64,000 bases of DNA. Source: Theionarchaea archaeon. Its GTDB lineage: Archaea > Methanobacteriota_B > Thermococci > Methanofastidiosales > SZ-28-30. The notes beneath the pieces were generated by a model. It had not been told where the DNA came from. It saw only the letters and a list, made by a program, of their open reading frames with translations, and did no database searches. This document shows, one piece after another, positions 20,158 to 29,660 of the stretch (positions within the stretch are counted from its first letter, which is position 1; every line of letters begins with the position of its first letter). Position numbers and translations under genes: made by a program. The stretch spans positions 1 through 64,000 of the forward strand of contig JACVGT010000018.1 of the NCBI GenBank assembly GCA_018992685.1. The letters run 5' to 3'.

Positions 20158-21519
20158 TTAACCCCCCTGGGTAGTTTGTGAACTCTCCAAGAGGAATTCC
20201 ACCAGTTCTTTATAAGCTTTTTTGATTTCTTCGGTAGTTCCGAATTCCCTTGCTTTCCTCAAGCCGTTTTCCAGGTACTCATGTTTCTCTTTTCTGTCGA
20301 TCTCCCTGAGGTTGTGTTCCACTTTTTGGATGTCGGGAGTATGCTCCAGGCCCTGATACACTCGTAGGCTTTCCTCCCAAAGCTCTCTCGCCTTGGCATA
20401 GTCTTCTTTGCGAGCATAGCACAGTCCACAGTTATACAGAGCAGATGCATGTCTGGATTCGTCACTTCCAGCTAGAGTTAATGCCTTCTCAAAAGCCTTC
20501 AGTGCCTCGTCCACCTCATCATTCATGTAGAGACAGGCACCCATGTCATTGGAGAGATCAGAAAGCAACAAGGTATCTCCCACATGTTGAGCTATTCTGT
20601 AACACTTGTTGTAGTATTCCTCGGCTGCACCATATCTTCCAAGCTTGAATGCTGTGGTTCCCAACCCTTTCAAGGCGTATGCTCGACCCCTCGTGTCTCC
20701 TGCTTCCTCACACAGAGACTCCATATGAAGATATTCCTTTTCTGCGTCCTGCAGGTTTCCTTTCAGTTCAAGGACATTTGCCCTAGTGAAGAGAACCCAC
20801 GCCATGACTTTCTTGTCCAAATCGGGAGGTCCATCCCTGAGAGAATGGAAGAGGGCTTCGTTGTCCTGTTTTTCTCTTTCATCCTGAATTTCATACACTC
20901 TCTTAAGACATGCATCCCATTCCTCTGAAGTACGCAACTTGTGGGTTGCTTCGTCTTTCGCCATGCCAAAGATTTCCCTTCCCTTCTCTGACAGCATGTA
21001 GGGACTCTGTTCCTGATAGACTGTTTTCTTGTACTCGATATATCCCTTCATCCTCAGTCGTTGAAGATAGCGATAGATATTCGCTCTAGAGAGACCTTTC
21101 TCCTCAGGGAAGTTCTTCTGCAGATAGTCCGAAATCTCTTCCGTTGTGACTGGTTGGTTAATTCCCACAGCACAGACGATGTGAAACATGAGTTCCCATG
21201 GTTTGATTCTCAGTTCACCAATTATGTCCTGAAGCTTTTCAAGGATTTCACTTTTCAGTTCATCGGGTATCGTTGCATTTCTCTTTCTCCTGTCCCCAAA
21301 CAAGTTCAACCCCTTGTTCGTGATAGAATGGAACTCTTGGCCCTCTTTGTCGACCTTCTTGAGGTATTCTCTCATCACAAGTTTTTCCACAATGGAATCA
21401 GCGTCTTTCCCGAAGGTTCTGAGCTGCTGTTTGAGAATTCTCCTTTCTTTTGTGCGGGCGAAATTGAGGATTTCGAACATGAGTTCTGCCTCTCCTGCAT
21501 TGCCATTATCCGAATTCAT
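20158..21519 (-). CDS. Tandem wHTH + TPR regulator
   Basis: wHTH (LSRANIYRYLQRLRMKGYI); TPRs (AYALKGLGTTAFKLGRYGAAEEYY, SALYNCGLCY). Confidence 0.85.
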   Translation of the reverse strand: MNSDNGNAGEAELMFEILNFARTKERRILKQQLRTFGKDADSIVEKLVMREYLKKVDKEGQEFHSITNKGLNLFGDRRKRNATIPDELKSEILEKLQDIIGELRIKPWELMFHIVCAVGINQPVTTEEISDYLQKNFPEEKGLSRANIYRYLQRLRMKGYIEYKKTVYQEQSPYMLSEKGREIFGMAKDEATHKLRTSEEWDACLKRVYEIQDEREKQDNEALFHSLRDGPPDLDKKVMAWVLFTRANVLELKGNLQDAEKEYLHMESLCEEAGDTRGRAYALKGLGTTAFKLGRYGAAEEYYNKCYRIAQHVGDTLLLSDLSNDMGACLYMNDEVDEALKAFEKALTLAGSDESRHASALYNCGLCYARKEDYAKARELWEESLRVYQGLEHTPDIQKVEHNLREIDRKEKHEYLENGLRKAREFGTTEEIKKAYKELVEFLLESSQTTQGG

Positions 21520-22294
21520 ATTTCTGTATTCTTACACCAAGTTAATATGGTTATTGGAGTATCGCAAAATTTGGGATTTTACCACCTCAACTGCCATTGA
21601 ACGATTTCAGAGATCATGGGGTTCTCTGTCTTCATCACGTCATGTCCTAATCCCACGTACCTGCACTCTTAACAAATGAGCAAGGCCACAAGGATCTGAA
21701 ATGTTACAAGCCTGTTAACTCTATCGTGCTAAGATCCCAGAAATGATATCTCCTGATTTTATATGATCCATGAAGTTCTTGAAACGCTTTCCTATCCCAA
21801 AGAAGATAATCCCAGGTGTTCTCAACTTTCGTAAAAGATATTAAAAGATTTTGAACTTTCTCAGGGCCTACTTTGCAGTTATTTCTCTTGGACTGGCAAC
21901 ATGAACAATGAAAGGCTTTTTATGCTTATTGACGTATAATTTTCTTGCGAATTTCCGGATAAGTTCTAAACAAGAATATCCTCAACTCGGAGGGGATTTC
22001 TCCCCTTCAGGGGAGCCAGTGCAAGTGCACCTGGCTCCTCATCTAACTCTTGGAATTCTCCTTTGCTCAATTCAAAGGAGAGCAGCAATTTACCTGTAAT
22101 TATCACCTGTATGATAGATCCCGTGATGTTCTGCTGAAGTACAGCCTCTATAATCTCGGCTGACGAGCCTTTGTGACACTGCAAACCAAGATAAAAGGTT
22201 TTGAATACTATAAAACTCCATTAAAGGGTTTGCTTCTTAATGAAACACACTGAACAATAAGAACCTTTTTATGGCAGATATATATAGTTAATCT

Positions 22295-23056
22295 ATGAAA
22301 AAAATCCCTGTGCTGGTACTGGCGCTCTGCCTATCAGTCTTCATACCCGCAGCTCAGCCCCAGGAAGATGAACTTCCTGCAGGAAAGGAACTCAGCATTC
22401 TGCTCTCAGTGACAGTGATTGACTACCAGGCATCAGTACAGGACTTCTTTTTTCAGCAAAAGCTTCTTGGTGCAACGTCTCTTGAATCGAAGCTGCACAT
22501 TCTCGTAACACAGATTGATGAGCTGACAGCGATTATGATTCAACTGGATAGGCACAGGATGTCTCTGATCCAGAGCCTGCAGAATGCGACTATCACAACA
22601 GAGCAATTTACAGTTGAAATGCGTAAGCTTGCAGCTGAAGTCCTCATACTGGCCCGTTCCTTCAATGGGCTTGGTCAGAGCATTTCAGAGACTGTGTTGA
22701 ATGTGCCACCTGGAGCGGAGGAACTCGCTCTCTTCGTCCTTGAGAAGTTCAATGCTGCAGCCGGACTCATATCAGAAATGGGTGTCAGTGTGTCTCAGAC
22801 TGTGGGGCAACAAGGTCTTGATGTGTTTTTTATGCCAGAAATCCCCCAGATACCTGAAATGGCAAAGGAATCGGGAGAAGAGGAGTCCCAGTCGGAAGAT
22901 TCGGAGAAATCATGTGATGAAGAGGGATCACAAGCCAGAAACACGGGGAAGCCAGGAGAAGCAGAAGAAGATTTGAGATCAAGAGACACGGGGAAGCCAG
23001 GAGAAGCAGAAGAAGGGTCAGGAAAACATGGAGGAAAAAATTCTTCTTTCCTGTAG
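22295..23056 (+). CDS. Secreted helical protein with low-complexity acidic tail
   Basis: Signal peptide; duplicated TGKPGEAEE (30-bp direct repeat at ~22941 and ~22986). Confidence 0.75.
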   Translation: MKKIPVLVLALCLSVFIPAAQPQEDELPAGKELSILLSVTVIDYQASVQDFFFQQKLLGATSLESKLHILVTQIDELTAIMIQLDRHRMSLIQSLQNATITTEQFTVEMRKLAAEVLILARSFNGLGQSISETVLNVPPGAEELALFVLEKFNAAAGLISEMGVSVSQTVGQQGLDVFFMPEIPQIPEMAKESGEEESQSEDSEKSCDEEGSQARNTGKPGEAEEDLRSRDTGKPGEAEEGSGKHGGKNSSFL

Positions 23057-23161
23057 ATTTGGAGTCTACTTGAATTCCTACCTGCCCACTTCATCCCAAC
23101 ATATTCTTTTCTAGTGCTTCATGAGAAAAACACTTAAAGGGCACGTCCTTATCTAATCAAG

Positions 23162-24076
23162 ATGAAGAGAATTTCAGGAGCTTGCTTGACGGGAGTGGTC
23201 CTTGTGTTAATGCTTTGTGCGGCGGCCTATTCCACTGAAATTACCACCATTACGATTCAACTAGATACTACAGGTTCAGCGCTCTGGACGGTGGAGGATA
23301 GATTTGTATTGGTCACAGAAGAAGATGAGAAGCTCTTCGAGGAATTTCAGAAGAACGAGGCACTAAAGGAAGAGAAGCTCAATGAGTTCAAGAAAAAGAT
23401 GAGCATGCTTCTGGAAGAAATCAAGTATGCCACGAAGAGATCCATGAACATGAGCAATTTTGAGATCTTCATGGGAAAAGAAGTCAGTGTAACTAACACA
23501 TATGGAGTTATCCTCTTCAGATTCACATGGGAAGAATTTGCACTTGTGCATGATGATCAAATTATCATGGGAGACGTGTTTGAGGGTGGTTACTACATAT
23601 CTGCAAATGAGCTCCTGGTGGTGGAGTTTCCTGAACCATATCGCCTGGTGACAGCAGTTCCATCCCCTGACCATCTGAAGGAAACCATGCTCATTTGGGA
23701 AGGCCCGATGAATTTCGCAGATGGCCATCCTGCTGTTGTAATTGAAAGACATGGGAGCTCAATCAGAAATGAACTATGGCTAGTTTCTATTCTGGCGGTG
23801 ATTCTCATCCTGGTGGCAATTGTGACACTAAAATCAAGAAAACCACAAGCAAGCACGATTACCCCTCCTCCATACATCGATGACAAGCAATTGACTATTG
23901 ACGTTGTACGAAAGCATGGGGGGGCAATACCTCAAAAAGAACTCCCTGATCTGACTGGATTCTCCAAAGCCAAAATATCCATTCTTCTAAAGGAACTGAA
24001 GAAAGATGGGATTATCAGGAAAACGTTTAGAGGAAGAGAAAATGAGATTGTGCTTATCGACAAAGAGTCCGGCTAG
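23162..24076 (+). CDS. Membrane-anchored protein with extracellular domain and C-terminal wHTH
   Basis: Signal peptide; TM helix; GGAIPQKELPDLTGFSKAKISILLKELKKDG..GRENEI. Confidence 0.85.
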   Translation: MKRISGACLTGVVLVLMLCAAAYSTEITTITIQLDTTGSALWTVEDRFVLVTEEDEKLFEEFQKNEALKEEKLNEFKKKMSMLLEEIKYATKRSMNMSNFEIFMGKEVSVTNTYGVILFRFTWEEFALVHDDQIIMGDVFEGGYYISANELLVVEFPEPYRLVTAVPSPDHLKETMLIWEGPMNFADGHPAVVIERHGSSIRNELWLVSILAVILILVAIVTLKSRKPQASTITPPPYIDDKQLTIDVVRKHGGAIPQKELPDLTGFSKAKISILLKELKKDGIIRKTFRGRENEIVLIDKESG

Positions 24077-24337
24077 CTATTCATGCCCTGCCTAGAGTAA
24101 CCTACCCTTAAACTGGAAGAATTCAGGTCTTATTGACATGAGCCGAGGTTCTGTGTTTCTAATTCCGACACACGTACCATGCTCAGGTTTTTCTGCCATT
24201 TTGAATTGTAATGAAAAATCCTAAACGTTCTTAGTTCTCCATAAAAGATTATGCCATCTTTTAAACAAAATGAACAATGAGAGGATTTTTATAGTGCAGG
24301 AAGATAAATAACAAAAATGTAAAAGGAGGTGAAAGAC

Positions 24338-25477
24338 ATGAAGAAGATCGCAGCTGGAGTTTTGGTAATGTGCCTTCTCCTTTCTGTTTCTGGAGTATTT
24401 GCAGCAGCCCCTGAGAGGGTCATTGTTGTGTTCCACGACAATCCCGACGCCAACTTGGTTGGACAGTACGGACAGGTTGAAAGGACATTCCATATAATAC
24501 CTGCTGTGGTAGCCATTATGCCTGAAGAGGCTGTCAAAGCCCTGTCCAAGAATCCTCGCGTGAAATATATCCAGCCTGACATCATACAGTACGTTACACC
24601 CATGCAGATGAGTGTATCTGCTGAGCCTTTGGCTCAGGTACTGCCTTGGGGAGTGGACCGGATTGATGCAGAGCTGGCATGGAGCACGTCCACGGGAGCT
24701 GGTGTAAAGGTGGCCATTGTGGACACGGGGATTGACATGGATCACCCAGACCTGGTTGCAAACATCAAAGGTGGATTTAATGCCATTGCAGTCAAGGGTA
24801 AATACAGAGACCCTGACAACTTTGATGATGACCACGGCCACGGTTCACACTGTGCAGGTATTGTAGCAGCAGTCGACAACAGCATCGGAGTAGTAGGAGT
24901 TGCTCCCGAAGCGTGGCTGTACGGTGTTAAAGTGCTGAGCAACAGCGGCAGTGGCACGACCACTGACTGCATCGAAGGTATTCAGTGGTGTGTAGACAAC
25001 GGAATGGATGTCATATCAATGAGCTGGGGTTCCACGACGTATGATCAGGCTCTCAATGACACCTGCCAGGCTGCTTGGGATGCGGGATGCGTTTTGGTGT
25101 CCTCTGCCGGAAACAATGGAGTAGAGACTCCAGACGGTTACCCATCAGCATACCCCTCAGTGATGGCTATATCTGCCACTGACTCTAGTGACAACATTGC
25201 CTCATGGAGCAACTACGGAGCTGAGATTGAACTCGCTGCCCCTGGTGTGTCAATCTATTCCACCTATGAGGACGGTGGGTACACTACGATGTCTGGTACA
25301 TCAATGGCATGCCCCCATGTATCTGGTGTAGCAGCCTTGATTCTGGGAGCTCATCCAACGTACAGCAACCAGCAGGTCAGGCAGACCTTGTGGAATACAG
25401 CAGAAGACCTGGGTACTCCTGGCTGGGACATCTACTATGGATATGGATTAGTAGATGCTCAAGCAGCAGTCGTCTAG
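24338..25477 (+). CDS. Secreted subtilisin-like S8 protease with I9 propeptide
   Basis: Catalytic triad IVDTG, HGSHCAG, GTSMACP; SD GGAGGTGA. Confidence 0.96.
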   Translation: MKKIAAGVLVMCLLLSVSGVFAAAPERVIVVFHDNPDANLVGQYGQVERTFHIIPAVVAIMPEEAVKALSKNPRVKYIQPDIIQYVTPMQMSVSAEPLAQVLPWGVDRIDAELAWSTSTGAGVKVAIVDTGIDMDHPDLVANIKGGFNAIAVKGKYRDPDNFDDDHGHGSHCAGIVAAVDNSIGVVGVAPEAWLYGVKVLSNSGSGTTTDCIEGIQWCVDNGMDVISMSWGSTTYDQALNDTCQAAWDAGCVLVSSAGNNGVETPDGYPSAYPSVMAISATDSSDNIASWSNYGAEIELAAPGVSIYSTYEDGGYTTMSGTSMACPHVSGVAALILGAHPTYSNQQVRQTLWNTAEDLGTPGWDIYYGYGLVDAQAAVV

Positions 25478-25488
25478 CTCTGATGCTA

Positions 25489-25511
25489 TCTTTTTCTTTT
25501 TCCTTTTTTTT
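25489..25511 (+). terminator. Oligo-T archaeal terminator after the subtilase
   Basis: TCTTTTTCTTTTTCCTTTTTTTT just after the stop codon. Confidence 0.6.
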
Positions 25512-25778
25512 GAATTCAAACAGAAGTGATAGTCCACGTTCTTCTGAAGATTATCCCTCTGTAAAAGACGTCTCAACAGTTCCGTGAATTATGAGGGAGA
25601 TAGTCCAGCTGAGAATTCGGGCACTGGCGTCACATGCAAAGAACTCAGAACCCTGCAATTCTCATATGACTGTCCCGTCAAAAGAGTCTCCATCAAGCGG
25701 AGTAAGGTAATTCTCCCTTACAACGGGCTACCCAGATTTGTCGTGTGTGGAAGAAAAGGCTGTATAGACCCTTCCGTA

Positions 25779-25973
25779 TTACTCGTCCAGAATAAACAGT
25801 TCTTCAATAGTAGTACTCAGTGCTTTTGCCACATCATAAGCCAGTTTGAGAGAAGGGTTATACCGGCCCTTCTCCAGAAACACAATTGTCTCTCTCCGTA
25901 CACCTACTCTCTTGGCAAGCTCCTCCTGAGTCATGTCGTATCGTGCTCTGAACTCTTTGATTCTGGTAATCAT
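25779..25973 (-). CDS. Small Xre/HTH_3 regulator
   Basis: [32 protein letters not shown]. Confidence 0.92.
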   Translation of the reverse strand: MITRIKEFRARYDMTQEELAKRVGVRRETIVFLEKGRYNPSLKLAYDVAKALSTTIEELFILDE

Positions 25974-26299
25974 CTGTTTCCCATCCTTATGTAGTAGAAC
26001 AAAGACAGAATACACACAAGGAGACTTCCTCCGTACAGAAGTGCAAACGCAGCGCCAAGCAACTGCGTTTTCCCGGTCAAATATATGTATGCCACTGATA
26101 CTGCACCTGAGAACATAGTGTACATGAATGCATTCCGGGCTGCTTTCCCCACAAATGTCTCAAGCATCTCATCATTTTCCCTGTACAGAGAAAAGTAGGA
26201 AATGAACCCTATTGAACACAAGAAGGCCGTCTTTCCTTCAACGAAATACAGAAGACTCAAGAGAGACAAGAATCCAAGATACCACATTGCATTCTTCAT
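25970..26299 (-). CDS. Small membrane protein (DUF3796-like)
   Basis: [20 protein letters not shown]; ATGA overlaps with both neighbours. Confidence 0.75.
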   Translation of the reverse strand: MKNAMWYLGFLSLLSLLYFVEGKTAFLCSIGFISYFSLYRENDEMLETFVGKAARNAFMYTMFSGAVSVAYIYLTGKTQLLGAAFALLYGGSLLVCILSLFYYIRMGNR

Positions 26300-26718
26300 G
26301 CTGCCACCTCTACGTCCCCTTTTTTGTCGAAATACCAGTAGGAAACAAAATATGTCCCTGCCATAACGAACACTGAACCTGAGAGAGCTACCACGACGTC
26401 CATGGTAATTACAGTGAGGTTGGCAAAAATCAGGACGATCATAAAGAGAACGCCCACACGGAAGGAATGAGCCATAGCGTGCACCATCAGCCTGTCCAGT
26501 CGTTCATCAGTTATGGGCACATCTTTGTTTCTCCTCCCTCTATAGTGTCGAATCATCTGGACATCAGCAAGAAGCACCAGGACGACACACATGACAAGTG
26601 TGGACCTCAAGACAGTATTTCCCCACCAGTTTAGAGACAGAGAACCCACAAAGGTTCCTACGGCAATCACGCCAGCCACTAACAACAGTGGCCAGATGGG
26701 TTGAGCTTCTTCTTTCAC
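26296..26718 (-). CDS. Small membrane protein (DUF2178-like)
   Basis: Four TM helices with a central DER motif. Confidence 0.75.
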   Translation of the reverse strand: MKEEAQPIWPLLLVAGVIAVGTFVGSLSLNWWGNTVLRSTLVMCVVLVLLADVQMIRHYRGRRNKDVPITDERLDRLMVHAMAHSFRVGVLFMIVLIFANLTVITMDVVVALSGSVFVMAGTYFVSYWYFDKKGDVEVAA

Positions 26719-26816
26719 TATACCACCTCTCCACTGAATGGATTACTCCCAAGAGATCTGAAAGAAAGAGTGTCCTGCAGATATCTCCCATCCTTGTGAT
26801 GACTGTCTGTGGGTGT

Positions 26817-26888
26817 GTTAGTTTTTTCTAACTTATTGTTATTTATTTCTAACATGATGTTAGATATATCTAACGCATATATAAAGCT
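26817..26888 (-). promoter_or_regulatory. Promoter with three phased palindromic operators GTTA-N7-CTAAC
   Basis: Sites start at 26817, 26838 and 26859 (the last is the perfect palindrome GTTAGATATATCTAAC); TTTATATA box at ~26885-26878. Confidence 0.75.
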
Positions 26889-26945
26889 TTCGGTCAGCCT
26901 TCAGTGTAAGGGTGGAATCTGCTTCCTGCGATTATTCGCCAGGAG

Positions 26946-27866
26946 TTATCGGGGTAGCAACGCTTTCAGATTTCGTGGAATGACGTCCAACCAATCTTCC
27001 ATTTCAAGAGATGTCAATTTCAGTGCAGTGTCAGAAGGAAGTTCTTCAAAAGGAACCCCTTCCAGGAGCAGCGTGGTCTCGGTTCTTGAAAACACGGGAC
27101 CTTCTTCAACTTTGGTTGCGACTTTCCTGTTTTCCGGGCAGGCGTACTGGCACTTGATGCAGCCCACCAGACAGTTGTGCCATGAGGGGTCAATCCATCC
27201 AGGGAAAGGGATTCTGCTGGGCCTTTCATTGTGCAGGGTCAGGCATCGCTCGGCATCGATGAGAAACTGTTCTGAGGTGATGGCGCCGGTGGGGCACTCT
27301 TTCATGCAGACAGAACACCTCTTGCAAGGTTCCATCATCTGTGGGTTCTGCCAGCTGTCGCTGCAGGGTAGATCAGAAAAGAATACAAGAGGGATGTGGA
27401 AGCTTCCCATCTGGGGAAGATACGTGAGGTTGTTCCTTCCGTAGGATGCAAGCCCACTGTGGGCAGCAACCAATTTCTCAGGAAGAGAGGCTTCAACGAA
27501 CACATATTCTTGATCAGAAAGCTCACTAAGCAACGTACTGATCATTTTAGTGGTTCTCGCTACGGACAGATAGGTGGGAGGTATAGTGACGGGGACTCTC
27601 TTTTCATTCCAGAAGAAGACAACCTGAGTAATGTGCTGAGGAACTGCGATCACTATGAGGGATGCAGCCTCTGAGAGATCAGAAGGGGGTTCAAAGGAGA
27701 ATCGGCTCAGATGTCTGTCGTAAATCTCATCAGGGATAGACACCCTCTTATATTGCTCTTCCAGCTCTTCTTTCATGTTCTGAAGATGGTCAATGGAAAC
27801 AATGCGCCCTTCATATCGGTGCTTTCTCAATTGAGAGAGTAGTTCTCGTCCTGGGTGATTAGACAT
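26946..27866 (-). CDS. QueG/reductive-dehalogenase-like 2x[4Fe-4S] protein
   Basis: KLVAAHSGLASYGRNNL; CKRCSVCMKECPTGAI; GCIKCQYACP. Confidence 0.8.
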   Translation of the reverse strand: MSNHPGRELLSQLRKHRYEGRIVSIDHLQNMKEELEEQYKRVSIPDEIYDRHLSRFSFEPPSDLSEAASLIVIAVPQHITQVVFFWNEKRVPVTIPPTYLSVARTTKMISTLLSELSDQEYVFVEASLPEKLVAAHSGLASYGRNNLTYLPQMGSFHIPLVFFSDLPCSDSWQNPQMMEPCKRCSVCMKECPTGAITSEQFLIDAERCLTLHNERPSRIPFPGWIDPSWHNCLVGCIKCQYACPENRKVATKVEEGPVFSRTETTLLLEGVPFEELPSDTALKLTSLEMEDWLDVIPRNLKALLPR

Positions 27867-28061
27867 ATCCTCTACTCAGGGGAATGTGCATATAAGGATT
27901 CCCCAGAAGTCCCCATAAACTCCTGCCGTGTCAGGCGTGATGAATAATTCTCTTGCTCCTAGAATTCATAAGCTATGTCGCAAGAATGTTCCCATCCATC
28001 CCCTAGTGGGATTTTGAACTGTTTCTTCCCGACAATAAAAAATAGAAAATAGAGAAAAAGT

Positions 28062-28412
28062 CTAAAGTCCTTTTTTGATAGCATCTAGTCTTTCTTTTGC
28101 TTCAACAGTCTGCAGCATATTCCAAAGCTCTTCCAGGGGACCACAAGGATAGTCTGTGCAGTGTGCGCAGTTTATGACTCCTTTTTCAGAACCGCACTGT
28201 CTCACTTTGCACATTGTGCAGTGCTTGAACGGCTCACCTTCACCGGTGCATCCGTCGCAGTTGATCTCATCGGCTTCTACAACCCATTCTGGACTTGACC
28301 ACGCTTTGGCAGTTTTTTCCCGCATTTCGTTGTCATCTGTTCTCTTGGCTATGAAAGCAGGACATTCATTGCAGACGAGTCCGCAAAAGGCCACCATCTC
28401 TTCTTTTGCCAT
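28062..28412 (-). CDS. DUF3795 Cys-rich protein
   Basis: AFCGLVCNECP, CDGC and NCAHCTDYPC. Confidence 0.85.
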   Translation of the reverse strand: MAKEEMVAFCGLVCNECPAFIAKRTDDNEMREKTAKAWSSPEWVVEADEINCDGCTGEGEPFKHCTMCKVRQCGSEKGVINCAHCTDYPCGPLEELWNMLQTVEAKERLDAIKKGL

Positions 28413-28637
28413 TATAACACCTCTCGAAAATACTCCTATGTTCGGCCAGAAATCTTCCCTGAAGAAATGATAACTGGAGAGTTAAAAGCTTTGTGCTGAG
28501 ATCTCAGAAATTCAAAGCTTTCAGGCTCTGATTAGATTGTTCAGACCCAGAAGTTCACAACCTTCATCTCTCCACATCCAAAAGGGCAACGATTGAGGGT
28601 CACAGTGTAGACAGCCACGATTCCTGAATGGGACCCG

Positions 28638-29660
28638 TCAGTATCTTCTCTGAACTCTGGGATAGCCCTCAAAAGGAGTTTGGGGCTCCAGACTAACCCA
28701 CTCACCTTCTCTGTCCAAACGAGAGAGTGACCGTAAGAGGTCAAAGGTCACCCATCGAGAGGCCTGAGGGTTCTTATATTCCCACAATCCGTATTCGTCT
28801 TGCAGTCCTCGAATGAAAGCCACGAGGTTGCTGACCCGCTGATCCTCCAGGGTTGCACCGACTCTCCAGCACAGGTCCAAGACAAGTCCAAGATCAAACC
28901 CAGCGAAGAATGTTATGAATCCTCGAGCAGGTTCTGCTCCCACCATTCTCGCAGTTTCAATGCCCAGAATGGTCTGATCGCGGGTCTCTCGAGCCAGCAG
29001 TAAATCCAGTGCTCGACGAGCTTGCTCGCAGTGCCGGTACTCAGGGTGAAGAGAAAGACACTGTAGAGCACCGGTGGTATTTGATCTGCATCCAAACCGG
29101 GAATGAGGCAGTGCGCGGTATCCAGCCCGGTACCCGTAGGATCCTTCAACGGTGACTCTTGTAGGCCAGGCTCCATCTGGCAGACGGTGTTTCAGCAGCC
29201 AGGCATAGGCTTTTTCTGCCCTGGGATCTGTTGCGTAGCCACAGAAGGCCAGCCCTCTCAAAGGGAGTGCAGTCTGTAAGGGAGTCACCACCGTACCTTT
29301 CCATTTCTGGTCACCCGGAGACGGCCACGATCCATCATCTCTTTGCAGCGAAAAAATGAATTCTGCGCCCCGCTTGATTGCAGGATTAGAAGGATCCACC
29401 TCCATGTATCCCAGTCGAGCCAAAGCCTGCGCTGTATTCAACAATCGTGTGCCCAGAGTCAACCCTGCAGACTCTGTTGCTTTCCAGGAGCCATCAGAAC
29501 TCTGGAGCTGCAGCAAATTCACTACCAGAGGATCGTTCTCTCGCAAGCTGGCGAGTTCACAGACCTCCACATCATTTTCAGGTCTGCCCAAGAGTTCACG
29601 CAGAACCAAATACCGGAGCGAGGGCGAGGGGCTGGAAAGGAGGAGGGGAACCCACGTCAT
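28638..29660 (-). CDS. Prenyltransferase/squalene-cyclase-like repeat (alpha/alpha barrel) protein
   Basis: QW-type repeats LQSSDGSW, LQRDDGSW, HRLPDGAW, LQDEYGLW. Confidence 0.75.
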   Translation of the reverse strand: MTWVPLLLSSPSPSLRYLVLRELLGRPENDVEVCELASLRENDPLVVNLLQLQSSDGSWKATESAGLTLGTRLLNTAQALARLGYMEVDPSNPAIKRGAEFIFSLQRDDGSWPSPGDQKWKGTVVTPLQTALPLRGLAFCGYATDPRAEKAYAWLLKHRLPDGAWPTRVTVEGSYGYRAGYRALPHSRFGCRSNTTGALQCLSLHPEYRHCEQARRALDLLLARETRDQTILGIETARMVGAEPARGFITFFAGFDLGLVLDLCWRVGATLEDQRVSNLVAFIRGLQDEYGLWEYKNPQASRWVTFDLLRSLSRLDREGEWVSLEPQTPFEGYPRVQRRY

